64,000 bases of DNA from Candidatus Latescibacterota bacterium (GCA_965208835.1 OZ242358.1:1792001-1856000), one strand, 5' to 3'; counted from the stretch's first letter, positions 18,977 through 29,931 are shown. Numbers and translations are program-made. The notes: generated from the letters alone by a model not told the origin.

Positions 18977-20170
18977 TCACGTCTGGCGATCGGCCAACGC
19001 GGCCACCCCCGGAAGCAGTTTGCCTTCGAGGAATTCCAGGAAAGCCCCGCCGCCGGTGGAAACATGCCCCAGCCTGTCCGCCAGACCGGACGCCGTCAGC
19101 GCCGCGACCGTCTCCCCGCCGCCCGCGAGGGTATTCGCGCCCCGCGACGAAGCCCTTGCCACCGCGTGCGCCACCGCCTTCGTGCCCCCGGCAAAGGCCG
19201 GGATCTCCGACACCCCCATCGGTCCGTTCCACACCACGGATCCGGCGTTGAGGATCTCGTCCGAGAATGTGGACCGCGTATCGGGCCCGATATCGAACCC
19301 TTCCAGCTCCCGCGGCATCCTGTCACGGGGTACGACCTGTATCGCCGTCTCGTCGCGGGACTCGGGCGCAACCACGCAGTCGGTGGGCAGAAGTAACCGG
19401 ACGTCTGCGTCTGCGGCCCGCTGCAGCAGGACTTCCGCCATCCCCACGCGGTCTGCCTCGAGCAGGGACCGTCCGATCTCCAATCCCATCGCCTTGTAGA
19501 AGGTGTACGCCATACCGCCGCCGATCAGGAGCGTATCCACGAGGGTCAGCAGGTGCTGGATGACGTCGATTTTGCCCGATATCTTGGCGCCGCCCAGTAC
19601 CGCGACAAACGGCCGGGCGGGCGCGGACAATGCATTCTCCAGACAATCCAGTTCCCGCTGCATCAGGAACCCGGCCGCACAGTCCACGAAGTGGTGGGTG
19701 ACGCCTTCCGTGGACGCGTGCGCCCGGTGAGCCGTTCCGAATGCGTCGTTCACGTAGGCCGAACCCAATTCACAGAGTCGCCGGGCGAATTTGGGATCGT
19801 TTGCCTCTTCCTCCGCGTGAAATCTCAAATTTTCCAGCATCACAACGCCGTCCGCGCGCTTTACAATCGCCTCCGCATCAGCGCCCACGCAATCCGGTGC
19901 CATTGCGACCTCCCGGCCCATCAGCTCGCCGAGGCGTGCCGCAGCGGGCTTCAGCGACAGTTCGGGAACGACGCTTCCCTTCGGCCTTCCGAGGTGCGAC
20001 ATCAGGATCGGCACGCCTCCCCGCTCCAGGATATACCGGAGTGTCGGAACGGCGGCCCGAATCCGCGTGTCGTCTCCAATCTCGCCGTTCTGGAGCGGCA
20101 CGTTGAAATCGACCCGCACCAGCACCCGCCGTCCCGCGAGCTCCAGATCCGTAATTGAAAGTTTCGCCAT
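18977..20170 (-). CDS. pgk: Phosphoglycerate kinase
   Basis: RVDFNVP, SHLGRP, NDAFGTAHR, STGGGA. Confidence 0.98.
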   Translation of the reverse strand: MAKLSITDLELAGRRVLVRVDFNVPLQNGEIGDDTRIRAAVPTLRYILERGGVPILMSHLGRPKGSVVPELSLKPAAARLGELMGREVAMAPDCVGADAEAIVKRADGVVMLENLRFHAEEEANDPKFARRLCELGSAYVNDAFGTAHRAHASTEGVTHHFVDCAAGFLMQRELDCLENALSAPARPFVAVLGGAKISGKIDVIQHLLTLVDTLLIGGGMAYTFYKAMGLEIGRSLLEADRVGMAEVLLQRAADADVRLLLPTDCVVAPESRDETAIQVVPRDRMPRELEGFDIGPDTRSTFSDEILNAGSVVWNGPMGVSEIPAFAGGTKAVAHAVARASSRGANTLAGGGETVAALTASGLADRLGHVSTGGGAFLEFLEGKLLPGVAALADRQT

Positions 20171-20347
20171 GTTACCTGTCCTGGCGGTTATAAGAGAGGG
20201 AGCCGTCCCGCGCGTGCATCCCGCGTGGTCTGGCTCCCGCATGCCCGCTTTCGGTACGGTTGCCCAAAAGCGGTCTTCCTGAATTCGTATCTGTTCAACT
20301 CCCGGGTGCGACGGACCGCACGCCGGTCGGCTGGGTCGCTTCCGAGC

Positions 20348-21361
20348 CTATTCGTCCGCCTGACGGGACGTCCCCAGCGTCTCTACGAGGTCCACACACC
20401 GGCAGGAATACCCCCATTCGTTATCGTACCAGCCGCACACCTTCACCAAATTCCCGCCCATGACCGTTGTCATTTCCGAATCGAGCACACAGGAATGGGG
20501 GTTGCCGATGATGTCCGCGGAGACAAGGGGCTCGTCCGAGTACTCCAGAATGCCTTTCAGTCGGCCATCCGAAGCCGTCCTGAACGCCTCGTTGACGGAC
20601 TCCACGGTCGCCGGATTCCGCAGTGTCGCCACAAAATCCGTATAGGAGCCATCGGGCGTGGGGACCCGCACAGCCATCCCGTCCAGATTACCGTTCAACT
20701 CTGGGATCACCTTGCCCACGGCGCTGGCGGCCCCGGTTGTCGTCGGGATCATGGACAGGGCCGCGGACCTGGCTCTGCGCAGGTCCGAGTGCGGCGCATC
20801 GATCATGCGCTGGTCGCCGGTATAGGCGTGAATGGTCGTCATCAGTCCCTTCTCGACGCCGAACGACTCCTGCAGGACGCTCACCATCGGGGCCAGGCAG
20901 TTCGTGGTGCAGGATGCATTGGAGATCACCCTGTCCTGTTCGGTCAACGTTTCATGATTGATGCCCATCACCACCGTCGGCACGTCGCCCCTGGCCGGGG
21001 CCGATATGATCACCCGTCCTGCGCCCGCGCCGAGGTGCTTGCCGGCGCTGTCTTTGTCCGTGAACAATCCCGTTGACTCGATCACCACGTCCACCCCGAG
21101 CGTGCGCCACGGCAACATGACCGGATCGCGCTCGGCCAGTACGATGACCTCGTTTCCGTCCACGTCCAGAGATTTTTCCCGGATTACCACATTGCCCGGA
21201 TATCTTCCGTGCGTCGAGTCGTACTTCAGCAGATGTCCCAGCGTCCCGGCGTCGGTCAGATCGTTTACCGCCACGACGTCGATGCTGGGTCTGCGCATCG
21301 CCGCGCGGAATACGAGCCTGCCGATTCGCCCGAATCCGTTAATGGCCACCTTGATCGCCAT
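20348..21361 (-). CDS. gap: Type I glyceraldehyde-3-phosphate dehydrogenase
   Basis: INGFGRIGR, ASCTTNCL, WYDNEWGY. Confidence 0.98.
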   Translation of the reverse strand: MAIKVAINGFGRIGRLVFRAAMRRPSIDVVAVNDLTDAGTLGHLLKYDSTHGRYPGNVVIREKSLDVDGNEVIVLAERDPVMLPWRTLGVDVVIESTGLFTDKDSAGKHLGAGAGRVIISAPARGDVPTVVMGINHETLTEQDRVISNASCTTNCLAPMVSVLQESFGVEKGLMTTIHAYTGDQRMIDAPHSDLRRARSAALSMIPTTTGAASAVGKVIPELNGNLDGMAVRVPTPDGSYTDFVATLRNPATVESVNEAFRTASDGRLKGILEYSDEPLVSADIIGNPHSCVLDSEMTTVMGGNLVKVCGWYDNEWGYSCRCVDLVETLGTSRQADE

Positions 21362-21730
21362 CTTGTCTACCTCCAGAGCAATTAACCTCAATCCGAAAAA
21401 ACAGCAACGCGGCGACGCGAAAAAACCTTCCGAATCGGGGCGTTATCGACGTATAGAAGGGCGTTTTTTCCCTTCACGTCCAGTGTCCTGGTGTATCCTG
21501 GTAATCCGCCGTCTAATCGCCTTTATTTACAAGCGCATTTTAGAATTAACGTCCCCGAAGACCTTCGAATCAAGGTTAAAAACCGGTCGGCCGATTGCCA
21601 CCGGGGCTATGCGGGCGTAAACCATTATGCGTCGTGCAATTGACGGATCGGCGCGCACCTTGCAAGGTTACTGTTTTGCGCACCAGGCCAGGACATCGGC
21701 ATCGAATTCCGTCGACACGGAAGTTCGTGG

Positions 21731-22768
21731 TTATCCGAAAAAGACCCTGGCGATATCGTAAAGATTCATATCCACGGTACGCAGCTTGGATACGGCGTCT
21801 TTCAACGGCACAGACACGATATCGGTGCCCCGCAGCGCCACCATATTGCCGAAATTTCCGGCGTGGACGAGGTCGATTGCGGCAATGCCGAAGCGGGTGC
21901 CGAGGACCCGGTCGAACGCTGTGGGGTTGCCTCCGCGCTGGATGTGGCCCAGAACGGTCACCCGGGTTTCGAAACCCGTTCGTCTTTCTATTTCTTCCCC
22001 AAGTACGATGCCAATCCCGCCAAGACGGACGTGCCCGAAGGCGTCGCGTTCCTCGGACTGAAGCACAAGAGATTCGTCGGACAGGCGGGCGCCCTCGGCC
22101 ACGACCACGATGCTGAAGGTCTTGCCGCGGTCGTGTCGTTTCTGGATGGAAGAACAGACCATTTCCAGTTCGACCGGCTGTTCGGGAATCAGGACCATAT
22201 CGGCGCCGCCCGCAATGCCCGCCTCCACGGCGATCCACCCCGCATGACGCCCCATCACCTCCACCACCATCACCCGGTTGTGTGACTCGGCGGTGGTGTG
22301 CAACCTGTCGATGGCGTCGGTGACCGTATTGATGGCCGTATCGAAACCGAAGGTCTGGTCCGTGCCGTCAAGGTCGTTGTCGATGGTCTTTGGCACGCCG
22401 ATTACGTTCACGCCGTCTTCGTACAGCCTGCTGGCGACACCGACCGTGTCGTCTCCGCCAACGGCAATCAGCGCATCCAGCTCCATTGTGACCATATTCC
22501 GTTTCACGGTGTCGGCGCCGTCAGGCTCGTTATAAGGGTTGGTCCTGGACGTGCCCAGGATCGTTCCTCCCCTGGGCAGAATACCGGAGACCGCATTCAG
22601 GTCCAGCGGCATCGAAACCGACTCGAGCATGCCCCGCCAGCCCAGCATCACCCCTACGATATCATATCCGTATGCGTCTGTCCCTTTCCGCGTGACCGCG
22701 CGGATGACCGCATTCAGACCGGGACAATCGCCGCCGCCGGTTAATATCCCGACACGCCTTCGCGCCAT
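21731..22768 (-). CDS. pfkA: 6-phosphofructokinase (actinobacterial/mixed-substrate-like group)
   Basis: TGGGDCPGLN, GGDDT, PKTIDND, MGRHAG, LGHIQRGG. Confidence 0.94.
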   Translation of the reverse strand: MARRRVGILTGGGDCPGLNAVIRAVTRKGTDAYGYDIVGVMLGWRGMLESVSMPLDLNAVSGILPRGGTILGTSRTNPYNEPDGADTVKRNMVTMELDALIAVGGDDTVGVASRLYEDGVNVIGVPKTIDNDLDGTDQTFGFDTAINTVTDAIDRLHTTAESHNRVMVVEVMGRHAGWIAVEAGIAGGADMVLIPEQPVELEMVCSSIQKRHDRGKTFSIVVVAEGARLSDESLVLQSEERDAFGHVRLGGIGIVLGEEIERRTGFETRVTVLGHIQRGGNPTAFDRVLGTRFGIAAIDLVHAGNFGNMVALRGTDIVSVPLKDAVSKLRTVDMNLYDIARVFFG

Positions 22769-22937
22769 GGGTGCGCTCCGTACATCGTTCGGTTGAACGC
22801 CATAACCTGTCGCGCGGACAGGGTCCGTTTGCACGGCATCCTATCCGCAATAATACTCGTTCGGAACCAGTAAATTTAAGGCATGCCTCGCTGGGTGTCA
22901 AGTTGTTTTTTTTGTCAAAGTGTTTGGAATCAATGCG

Positions 22938-23729
22938 TTAGATGAATAGATCGGTGCCAGTGTCGACCGCCAGGGCATGTGGTTTTTCCTCGTCGAGATA
23001 GGGACAGGCAACAGCCGCCACGTTGACTTCGGACGCCCCTGCGTCCAGCAGTGCCGCGGCGCAGGCGTTCGCCGTGGCCCCGGTGGTGACCACGTCGTCC
23101 ACCAGCAGGACAGGGTGTCCTCCGACCAGATCCGTTCTGCGTCCGAGAAAGGCCCCCTCCACGTTAGCGCCGCGTTCAGCCGAGTCCAGGTTCGTCTGTG
23201 TTTCCGTAGCGCGCACACGCTTCAGCACCCGTTCCTCAACGGAAAGCTCCAGCACCCGCGCCAGGGCTCGTGCAATCAATACGCTCTGGTTGTAACCGCG
23301 TTCCCTTAACCTGCTTCCGTGAAGGGGCACCGGCACCACAATCGGCCGGGCGGCCGCCAGCGATTCGCCGTCCAACATTCGACCCAATGCGCGGCCAAGG
23401 GTCTGGCCGGCAGCGGTCTGACCCTGGTATTTCAACATGTGGACCATGCGCTGCACCGAACGGCTGAACGGCGTGAGCGCGCACATCCGGGCGAAGACGA
23501 ATTCCTTGTCCGTGCAATTTCTGCAGGGTTTGGCGTGCCCCGGACAGCCGCATCGGCGGCACCGCGGCTCTTTGATGACACCCAGGCTCTCCCAGCACAC
23601 GGGGCAAAGCCCGTCGGTCTCGTCCAGCGGTGTCCCGCAGAGCAGACAATGCGGAGGGTATACGAATGCCTGAACGGATTCTACCGCGGTTTGAAGAAGG
23701 CGTATGAAAGCGTCCCGCTTCACATCCAT
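22938..23729 (-). CDS. comF: ComF family amidophosphoribosyltransferase-like protein
   Basis: Double Zn ribbon (CLLC/CPVC/CRRC), PVPLH, RGYNQS, VDDVVTTGAT. Start uncertain (up to 23789). Confidence 0.88.
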   Translation of the reverse strand: MDVKRDAFIRLLQTAVESVQAFVYPPHCLLCGTPLDETDGLCPVCWESLGVIKEPRCRRCGCPGHAKPCRNCTDKEFVFARMCALTPFSRSVQRMVHMLKYQGQTAAGQTLGRALGRMLDGESLAAARPIVVPVPLHGSRLRERGYNQSVLIARALARVLELSVEERVLKRVRATETQTNLDSAERGANVEGAFLGRRTDLVGGHPVLLVDDVVTTGATANACAAALLDAGASEVNVAAVACPYLDEEKPHALAVDTGTDLFI

Positions 23730-23882
23730 ACCTTCGGAATAATGAGAAATGGCTTGCAAAAGCCGCCTCATAGCGATACATTCTCCCACTCAACGCGATC
23801 GGTCGCGAGCGTCTGCGAAGCCGGCTTTGGTCGCGTAGCATCAGCCCTCCGGCACGGTCACACACGTTCCCAAACGTCATCT

Positions 23883-25859
23883 ATGAAAAATACCCGCGCG
23901 ATCATTTTCGATCTGGATGGTACGCTCTTCGACCTGGATCCGCTGGTTCAGGCCGCCCGTAAACGGGTCGCGCGGCATCTGTACGTCAATGGATTCTTCG
24001 CCTCCGAATCCTATGCTCTCAGCCGGATCAACGACCTGGAGCTTCGGCACGGTCCGTATTATTCTTCCTCTCCGTACTATTTCGCATTCTACGATATCGC
24101 AAAGGCCCTCCAGCGCGACAAGCCCGACCGACTCGCCGACTATATCAACAGACAGCGCCCCAATCATCGAAGCCTGGAAGACGCCGATTCAATCGAAGCC
24201 TTTGTGGCCGAGCTCGAATACGTCTACAACAGCGAAGCCGTTGAAGACGTCAGGCTATTTCCAGGCGCGGTGCAGACCCTGCAGGAACTTCGCGACGCGG
24301 GATGCCTGCTCTTTCTCGTGACATTCGGAAGAACGCTTCGGCAGAAAAACAAGATCGACCTTCTGAATATCGCGCCGTTTTTCCACACAATTGTCAACGA
24401 AGGCCCGCCTTCTCACGACTACTGGTTCGCCGAACTCATCAAGGCCCACAAACTCTCTCCCGAGGAGGTTGTCTGTGTAGGCGACCGGGCCCAGGATGAG
24501 ATTCGGGCGGGCAACCGCCTCGGATGCACGACGGTCTGGATGCGCCGCGGGAGATACGCGGAGGAGGAACCCGGAGAGGGCGACCGTCCAACCCATCAGA
24601 TCCGCCTCCTCCCTCAGTTGTCGACCCTGGTCCACCTGGCCCGCATGGATAAGGACCGGCGACGGCTGAAAGTGGCCGCGCTGGGCGGCGGCACCGGGCT
24701 TCCCATCGTATTGCGGGGAATTCAGACCTATACCGACAGCCCTACGGCTGTGGTGGCGGTGACGGACACCGGGGCTTCCTCGGGACGCATCCGCTGGAAT
24801 CTGGGCGTGCAGCCGCCCGGCGATATCCGCAACGCGCTGACCGCGCTGGCCGATCGACGTCGGGTCTCTTCCGGTCTGATCCGGGTATTCCAGCACCGGT
24901 TTCCGAACAGCGAACAGGAGGCGGGTATCTTCCGAAACGACAATATCGGAAACTTCCTGATCGCCGCGCTGACCCAGCAACTCGGCGACTTTCAAAAAGC
25001 CATCCAGACAGCCGGTGATATGCTGCGCATACGCGGAGAGGTCTATCCGGCTACCAACCAGAACGTGGACATCTGCGCCGAACTCGAGAACGGCGAACAG
25101 CGGTATACCGAGTGGATGGTGCGTAAAACCGGCAAGTCGCCCTTAAAGCAGGCGTACCTCGTCGCCAACAGCGACATCCTTCGTGAGCTGGAACAACCGG
25201 AGGGCGCGCTGTACCGTGAGGACGATTCACGAACGGGCCAGGTCGAGGTTCACGCCATGCCCGGAAGCGAGTTTCGCCCGGCCAGGAACGAAGCCCGCGC
25301 GCCGCGCGGGGCCCTTCGGGCCATCGCCGACGCGGACATCGTGGTTCTCGGTCCGGGCAGCCTCTTCACCAGCGTGATAACGAATCTGCTCGTGCCCGAC
25401 GTCCGGCGCGCGCTGTCAGGCCGCAACCACGGCAAGGTATTCTACATCTGCAATATTGTGACCCAGCCGGGGCAGACAGACGGGTTTCCGGCATCCGGTC
25501 ACCTGGGCGCTATCCTTCGGCACTTCCCTGAAAGAGACCGTGGATTCCTGGATCACATGCTTGTTCAGGATCCGGAAGCATTCCACAGGCCCGGTGGACG
25601 AAATTGGCGGCAGGTGCTGAATGCCTACCTGCGGGATGGCAAGGAACCGGTAACGTGCGATGCGGAAGCGATCCGCCCTCATGTGGCCTGTACGGTTACG
25701 GATCTTCTGGAGGACTACACGTCGGAGGTGAAGAGCCGCAGCGCGGGAGACTTTATCAGCCACAACCCCGACAGGGTGGCCGACGCTGTCTGCCGGATCT
25801 ACTGCGGTCTGGAAGTTCCTGACTACGGGGAGCAGGACAATGGATCGGCGCCGGATTGA
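23883..25859 (+). CDS. HAD hydrolase - YvcK/CofD-like (UPF0052) fusion
   Basis: N-terminal FDLDGTL...VGDRAQDEI. C-terminal LGGGTGL, DTGASSG, PPGDIRN, LGPGSLFTS, NIVTQPGQT. Confidence 0.88.
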   Translation: MKNTRAIIFDLDGTLFDLDPLVQAARKRVARHLYVNGFFASESYALSRINDLELRHGPYYSSSPYYFAFYDIAKALQRDKPDRLADYINRQRPNHRSLEDADSIEAFVAELEYVYNSEAVEDVRLFPGAVQTLQELRDAGCLLFLVTFGRTLRQKNKIDLLNIAPFFHTIVNEGPPSHDYWFAELIKAHKLSPEEVVCVGDRAQDEIRAGNRLGCTTVWMRRGRYAEEEPGEGDRPTHQIRLLPQLSTLVHLARMDKDRRRLKVAALGGGTGLPIVLRGIQTYTDSPTAVVAVTDTGASSGRIRWNLGVQPPGDIRNALTALADRRRVSSGLIRVFQHRFPNSEQEAGIFRNDNIGNFLIAALTQQLGDFQKAIQTAGDMLRIRGEVYPATNQNVDICAELENGEQRYTEWMVRKTGKSPLKQAYLVANSDILRELEQPEGALYREDDSRTGQVEVHAMPGSEFRPARNEARAPRGALRAIADADIVVLGPGSLFTSVITNLLVPDVRRALSGRNHGKVFYICNIVTQPGQTDGFPASGHLGAILRHFPERDRGFLDHMLVQDPEAFHRPGGRNWRQVLNAYLRDGKEPVTCDAEAIRPHVACTVTDLLEDYTSEVKSRSAGDFISHNPDRVADAVCRIYCGLEVPDYGEQDNGSAPD

Positions 25860-26532
25860 GGCCGTCATCTTCGACCTGGACGATACCCTGTTCGATTGCA
25901 CCGGGCAGTTGACCGAGCCTGCGCGCCGCCGGGCGGCTGAAACGCTCGCCACGGCCATTCCGGATTCTGACGCGTCGGCCCTGCACAGCATCCAGGCGAG
26001 ACTCGCCGGCCAATTGAGTTCCACGGACGCCATCCGCGAAATCGCCCGCCGTCACGATTTGTCGTCGGATGACGTGGAAAGCGCGCTTACGGCCTACAAT
26101 CGGGACCATGTCGAAGACATCACGCCCTTTCCGGACACGCTTTCTACGCTGAACGAGCTTGCGGCCAGGAAATACGGGCTTTGCCTCGTGACCACCGGTC
26201 GCCCGGAGAGGCAGCGACGGAAGGTAGACCGCCTGGGTCTCTGCAGCCATTTCAGCGAGGCGTCGGGCACGCTTGTCTTCCACGACGACAGGGAATACCC
26301 TGAAAAAGACGAGGCGCTTCAACGGGCGGCCCTGCGCTTCAACCTTGCACCCTGCCGGATCCTGTCGGTGGGGGACAAGCTGAACTCGGAAATTGCCGCG
26401 TCGAAACGCCTGGGCATGCGCACGGCGCGCCTGTGTTTCGGCAGACAAAAAAACCAGCACCCTCGAACCCCCGAGGAACGCCCGGACCACGAACTGAATC
26501 GCCTGAAGGACCTGCTGGAACTGCTGCCCTGA
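25840..26532 (+). CDS. HAD family hydrolase
   Basis: FDLDDTL, VTTG, VGDKLNSEI. Overlaps the end of the upstream gene. Confidence 0.9.
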   Translation: MDRRRIEAVIFDLDDTLFDCTGQLTEPARRRAAETLATAIPDSDASALHSIQARLAGQLSSTDAIREIARRHDLSSDDVESALTAYNRDHVEDITPFPDTLSTLNELAARKYGLCLVTTGRPERQRRKVDRLGLCSHFSEASGTLVFHDDREYPEKDEALQRAALRFNLAPCRILSVGDKLNSEIAASKRLGMRTARLCFGRQKNQHPRTPEERPDHELNRLKDLLELLP

Positions 26533-26545
26533 GATGCCCGCGCGA

Positions 26546-27331
26546 TTACGCGTACTCCGGTCCGAAATCCACGGTTATCCGATCACCCCGTTTCAATCCC
26601 AGGTTCCGCGCGGCATTCCCTCCGTTGATCGCAATCTCAAGCGCATTATCGCTTCCGTACAGGGCCAATGCCCTGCCTTCCGGAACGTCGGCGTAAGTGC
26701 GGCAGATCCTGTCGAACTTGAACTCTCCTGCCTGTACGCGGACATCTTCGTACCCCAGGCGCCGTTTTCCAAGATTGCTGATCGCATTCCCGAAACGATC
26801 CACGTGTACGATCCTCCCGACAACCGAGTTATCGCATTCCTGAACCGTCCAGAGGTTGAGGCGGACCGGATCGGCGACCGGCGGCCCCAGTTCGGCCGGC
26901 GGGACGCCGTTGCAGAGATGAGCCGCGACGGGACCGAAGACATCCCGGCCGTGAAAGGTGGGGCTCACCTCAGACCTGAAATACCCCGCATTGCGTATTT
27001 CAACGGCGGTCCAGGTCGATTCCCGCTGGAACACCGCACTGAACAGGCCGTTGTCCGGACCGACAAACCGATGGTCCGCCGTTTCAACCTCAATTGCGCG
27101 GCGGGCGCTTCCCACGCCCGGATCCACGACCGCGAGATGGACCGTACCCGCAGGAAAATAGCGGTACGCGCGGGAGAGGATATAAGCCCCGGAGGCCACG
27201 TCCTGCGGCGGGACCTGATGGGAAACGTCCACGAGCGAGACATCGGGTGCAATCGCGAGAATCGCGCCCTTCATCGCGGCCACGTACCCGTCGCGAAGCC
27301 CGAAATCCGTTGTCAACGTGATCACACCCAA
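26546..27331 (-). CDS. SAM hydroxide adenosyltransferase (DUF62, chlorinase/fluorinase family)
   Basis: TLTTDFG, VVDPGVG, GPDNG, TFHGRD, VDRFGN. TTG start after GGAGG. Confidence 0.9.
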   Translation of the reverse strand: MGVITLTTDFGLRDGYVAAMKGAILAIAPDVSLVDVSHQVPPQDVASGAYILSRAYRYFPAGTVHLAVVDPGVGSARRAIEVETADHRFVGPDNGLFSAVFQRESTWTAVEIRNAGYFRSEVSPTFHGRDVFGPVAAHLCNGVPPAELGPPVADPVRLNLWTVQECDNSVVGRIVHVDRFGNAISNLGKRRLGYEDVRVQAGEFKFDRICRTYADVPEGRALALYGSDNALEIAINGGNAARNLGLKRGDRITVDFGPEYA

Positions 27332-27370
27332 AACACACCTCCACACCTCACCCCCGGCCGCCCGACCACC

Positions 27371-27573
27371 GGGTGAGACGTAAGACGGAAGAGGGCAGAG
27401 AACCACACCTAGCCCCACCACCTGGTGAGAGGGGAGCCGGGAGACGGGAGAGATTACCTGCCTTGTGAGGATTCTTCTCGTGCCGAAGGCAATGAGGAAA
27501 GACATACCGGGCAAGGATTTCTTCTCCCGTCTCACCTCTACCGTCTCCCCGCTTTTGGTCTACCCTCTACCCG
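27371..27573 (+). mobile_element. Heptamer-arm MITE/REP-like element, copy 1
   Basis: AGACG(G/T)(G/A)-type tandem arms in inverted orientation around a core GAGATT.CCTGCCTTG.GAGG...GTGCCGAAGGCAA...GGGCAAGGATTTC. Confidence 0.75.
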
Positions 27574-27763
27574 CATTCAGGCTTTTTTGATTGAGGCTAA
27601 GTGCCGATATCCACAATATAACGCATGTCCGGCTGTCACGTGAAACAGGATTCAAGCCCGTCCCGCGAGACGGAACGGACGTCCACCTGCCCGCGTGGCT
27701 TGAGAGCGCGTGCGGGCAAGGCATGACGCCGGGCTCCCGACTGGCAGTTCCTTATCCCTGTTC

Positions 27764-28453
27764 TCAGAACAGGTCCGCTTCCTTCATGCTCAGGAACCGC
27801 TCGGCGCCAAGAATGATGTGGTCCAGTACTTCGATCCCCATGATTTCACCGGCCTGCACCATCCGGCGCGTCAGTTCAATGTCCTCCCGGCTTGGTGTCA
27901 CGTCCCCGGAAGGGTGATTGTGCGCGAGGATGACGCTGGCCGCGGATGTGCCTACGGCGGGGAAGAATACCTCTCGAGGATGGACCAGCGACGCGTTCAG
28001 CGACCCCACCGACACCTCCTCCCTGCAGATGACCTGATTCCGCGCATTCAGAAAGACCGCCACGAAATGTTCTCTTCGCCGATCCTTGAATTCCGCCAGC
28101 AGCCCGACCGCGTCGGCAGGTTTCGTTATGGACGGCTCAATGCCCATGCCCTGGTTCAGCGCCCGTCTGGACAGCTCGAACCCGGAGACGAGGCCCGCGG
28201 CCTTCGCCCGCCCGATACCCTTGATTGCCGTCAGTTCCGCCAGTCCCATCGTCAGGAGCACCTGCGGCGAATACTGTTTCAGGATCTCCCCGGCGACCTC
28301 CAGCACATTCTTGCCTTCATAACCGGTCCGCAGCAGCACCGCCAGCAATTCCTCGTTTCTCAGCGCTTCGGCGCCGAGTCGTTCCAGTTTCTCCCGCGGC
28401 AGATCCACGTCGGCGACGCCGTCGATTCCGCGGCCTCGTGCCTGTACATCCAT
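27764..28453 (-). CDS. radC: RadC family JAB-domain protein
   Basis: PREKL, ELLAVLLRTG, HPREVF, AHNHPSG, LDHII. Confidence 0.93.
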   Translation of the reverse strand: MDVQARGRGIDGVADVDLPREKLERLGAEALRNEELLAVLLRTGYEGKNVLEVAGEILKQYSPQVLLTMGLAELTAIKGIGRAKAAGLVSGFELSRRALNQGMGIEPSITKPADAVGLLAEFKDRRREHFVAVFLNARNQVICREEVSVGSLNASLVHPREVFFPAVGTSAASVILAHNHPSGDVTPSREDIELTRRMVQAGEIMGIEVLDHIILGAERFLSMKEADLF

Positions 28454-28827
28454 ATTGTCGCTATCCTTCCGCCTGTGCGCGTGGAGACGCCCGCTTACTG
28501 AAACGTTCGCCCCGGATGCAGACGTCAACCGTAACACGAACTGTTGGTCCGCGTGCTGTGACAACAAAGCAAACTGCGTTCCGGTAGAGCGACAAACGTC
28601 GATTCCCGTACAAACCGGGGCGCCAGGCGGCAACGCCGCTCCGATTTGCCGGCGCGTGTCATACATTCTGTTCAATGCTTCCGATTCGAAACGAAAGATT
28701 CGTCCATACGAGCGATGAATGCGAGAAACAGGTATTCGCGGAACAATACCTGAGAACGCGACCGTTTTACGTTATATTAAGGACCGCGCACTCTTCGATT
28801 GAAATCGAACAACCCGGGAGTGAAACA

Positions 28828-29931
28828 ATGGATACAGCACAGGCGGTGAGCCTGTTCGAGAAGAACTGGTTCCTGCGCCACGAAGAGAAACTGGAACTCA
28901 CGACCGTGGAGCAGCAGTTCATCGCGGCATCGATGGGGCCGGCGCCAAAGCGATGGGAAGGAAAGCCCGAGATCGAGCGGATGTCGGAGATCCTTGCCGC
29001 GGAGCCTCGCGTTCTGGAGCGCATTGGCGCCCGGTTGCTTCAGGTGCTGATCGGAATGAGGGGTTGCGGCCCCGCGGTTGCGTACCTCCTCGAACGCGAA
29101 GCGCCCCTCGAGATCGACACTTCGTCCTACAATGTGCTGCACGAGGCGGCGTGGGGAGGGATGGTCGATACGCTGCGGGCGGTCTTCGAGTCGGGCGCGG
29201 CAGACGCGACGTGCGTATCGATTAAAAAACCGCACGTGGGGTGGCCCGACAACCTCTCGCTGATGTACTGGGCGGCCGCCGGGTGGTATCCGGACTGCGC
29301 CCGCCTCTTCATTCAGTACGGCGCCGGCGTTCACCATGAACTTCCAATAAAGGGAAACGGCGAACGGGGAACGACGTCACTTCAGGAGGCGGTCGCGTCG
29401 AGTCCCGGGGGGAAGGACGGATCGTGGCAGGAACGCGGGTTGGCGGTCGCGCGGATCCTCATCGAGGACGGAGCATACTACGACGTGTACTCGGCGTGCG
29501 CCCTCGACGACACCTCGCGACTGAATGAACTCATTGAACGGGACCCGGACGTCGCAAACACCTCCGATGGCTATGGCATGACGCCGCTGCATTGGGCCGC
29601 GCGTGCCGGGTCGAAGGCGTGTACGGAGATATTGCTGGCCTGCAGCGTCCGGGTCGACGCGTTGAACAAGGCGAGACGAACGCCGCTGCAGCTGGCAGCC
29701 GAGCGCGACCGGGCGGGGATGATACGGCTGCTCGCGGAGCGCGGGGCCGACCTGAACACGCAGGACCGGAAGGGGCGCACGCCGCTCCATCGCGCGATGT
29801 ACGAGGGCCGCGTCGCCGCTGCCGAAGCCTTGCTCGACGCCGGCGCCGATCCGACGGTTCTCAACAAGAGCGGAAAGAATCCGTTTCAGATTGCCAGGAA
29901 GGAAGCGAAGAGATACAAAGAGCGGGCATGA
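28828..29931 (+). CDS. Ankyrin repeat protein
   Basis: GMTPLHWAA, RTPLQLAA, GRTPLHRAM, GADLN repeats. Confidence 0.9.
   Translation: MDTAQAVSLFEKNWFLRHEEKLELTTVEQQFIAASMGPAPKRWEGKPEIERMSEILAAEPRVLERIGARLLQVLIGMRGCGPAVAYLLEREAPLEIDTSSYNVLHEAAWGGMVDTLRAVFESGAADATCVSIKKPHVGWPDNLSLMYWAAAGWYPDCARLFIQYGAGVHHELPIKGNGERGTTSLQEAVASSPGGKDGSWQERGLAVARILIEDGAYYDVYSACALDDTSRLNELIERDPDVANTSDGYGMTPLHWAARAGSKACTEILLACSVRVDALNKARRTPLQLAAERDRAGMIRLLAERGADLNTQDRKGRTPLHRAMYEGRVAAAEALLDAGADPTVLNKSGKNPFQIARKEAKRYKERA

Noticed and set aside
23319-23882. N-terminal extensions in the ORF track (also 11922, 55289, 63250, 27535, 32882 starts)
   Set aside because: They overlap opposite-strand genes, the T-box or repeat elements. 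Downstream starts fit the domain boundaries and RBS positions better.
26546-27331. True fluorinase/chlorinase
   Set aside because: The motifs (VVDPGVG..R, TFHGRD) fit the widespread DUF62 hydroxide adenosyltransferase, and there is no halometabolite cluster nearby.
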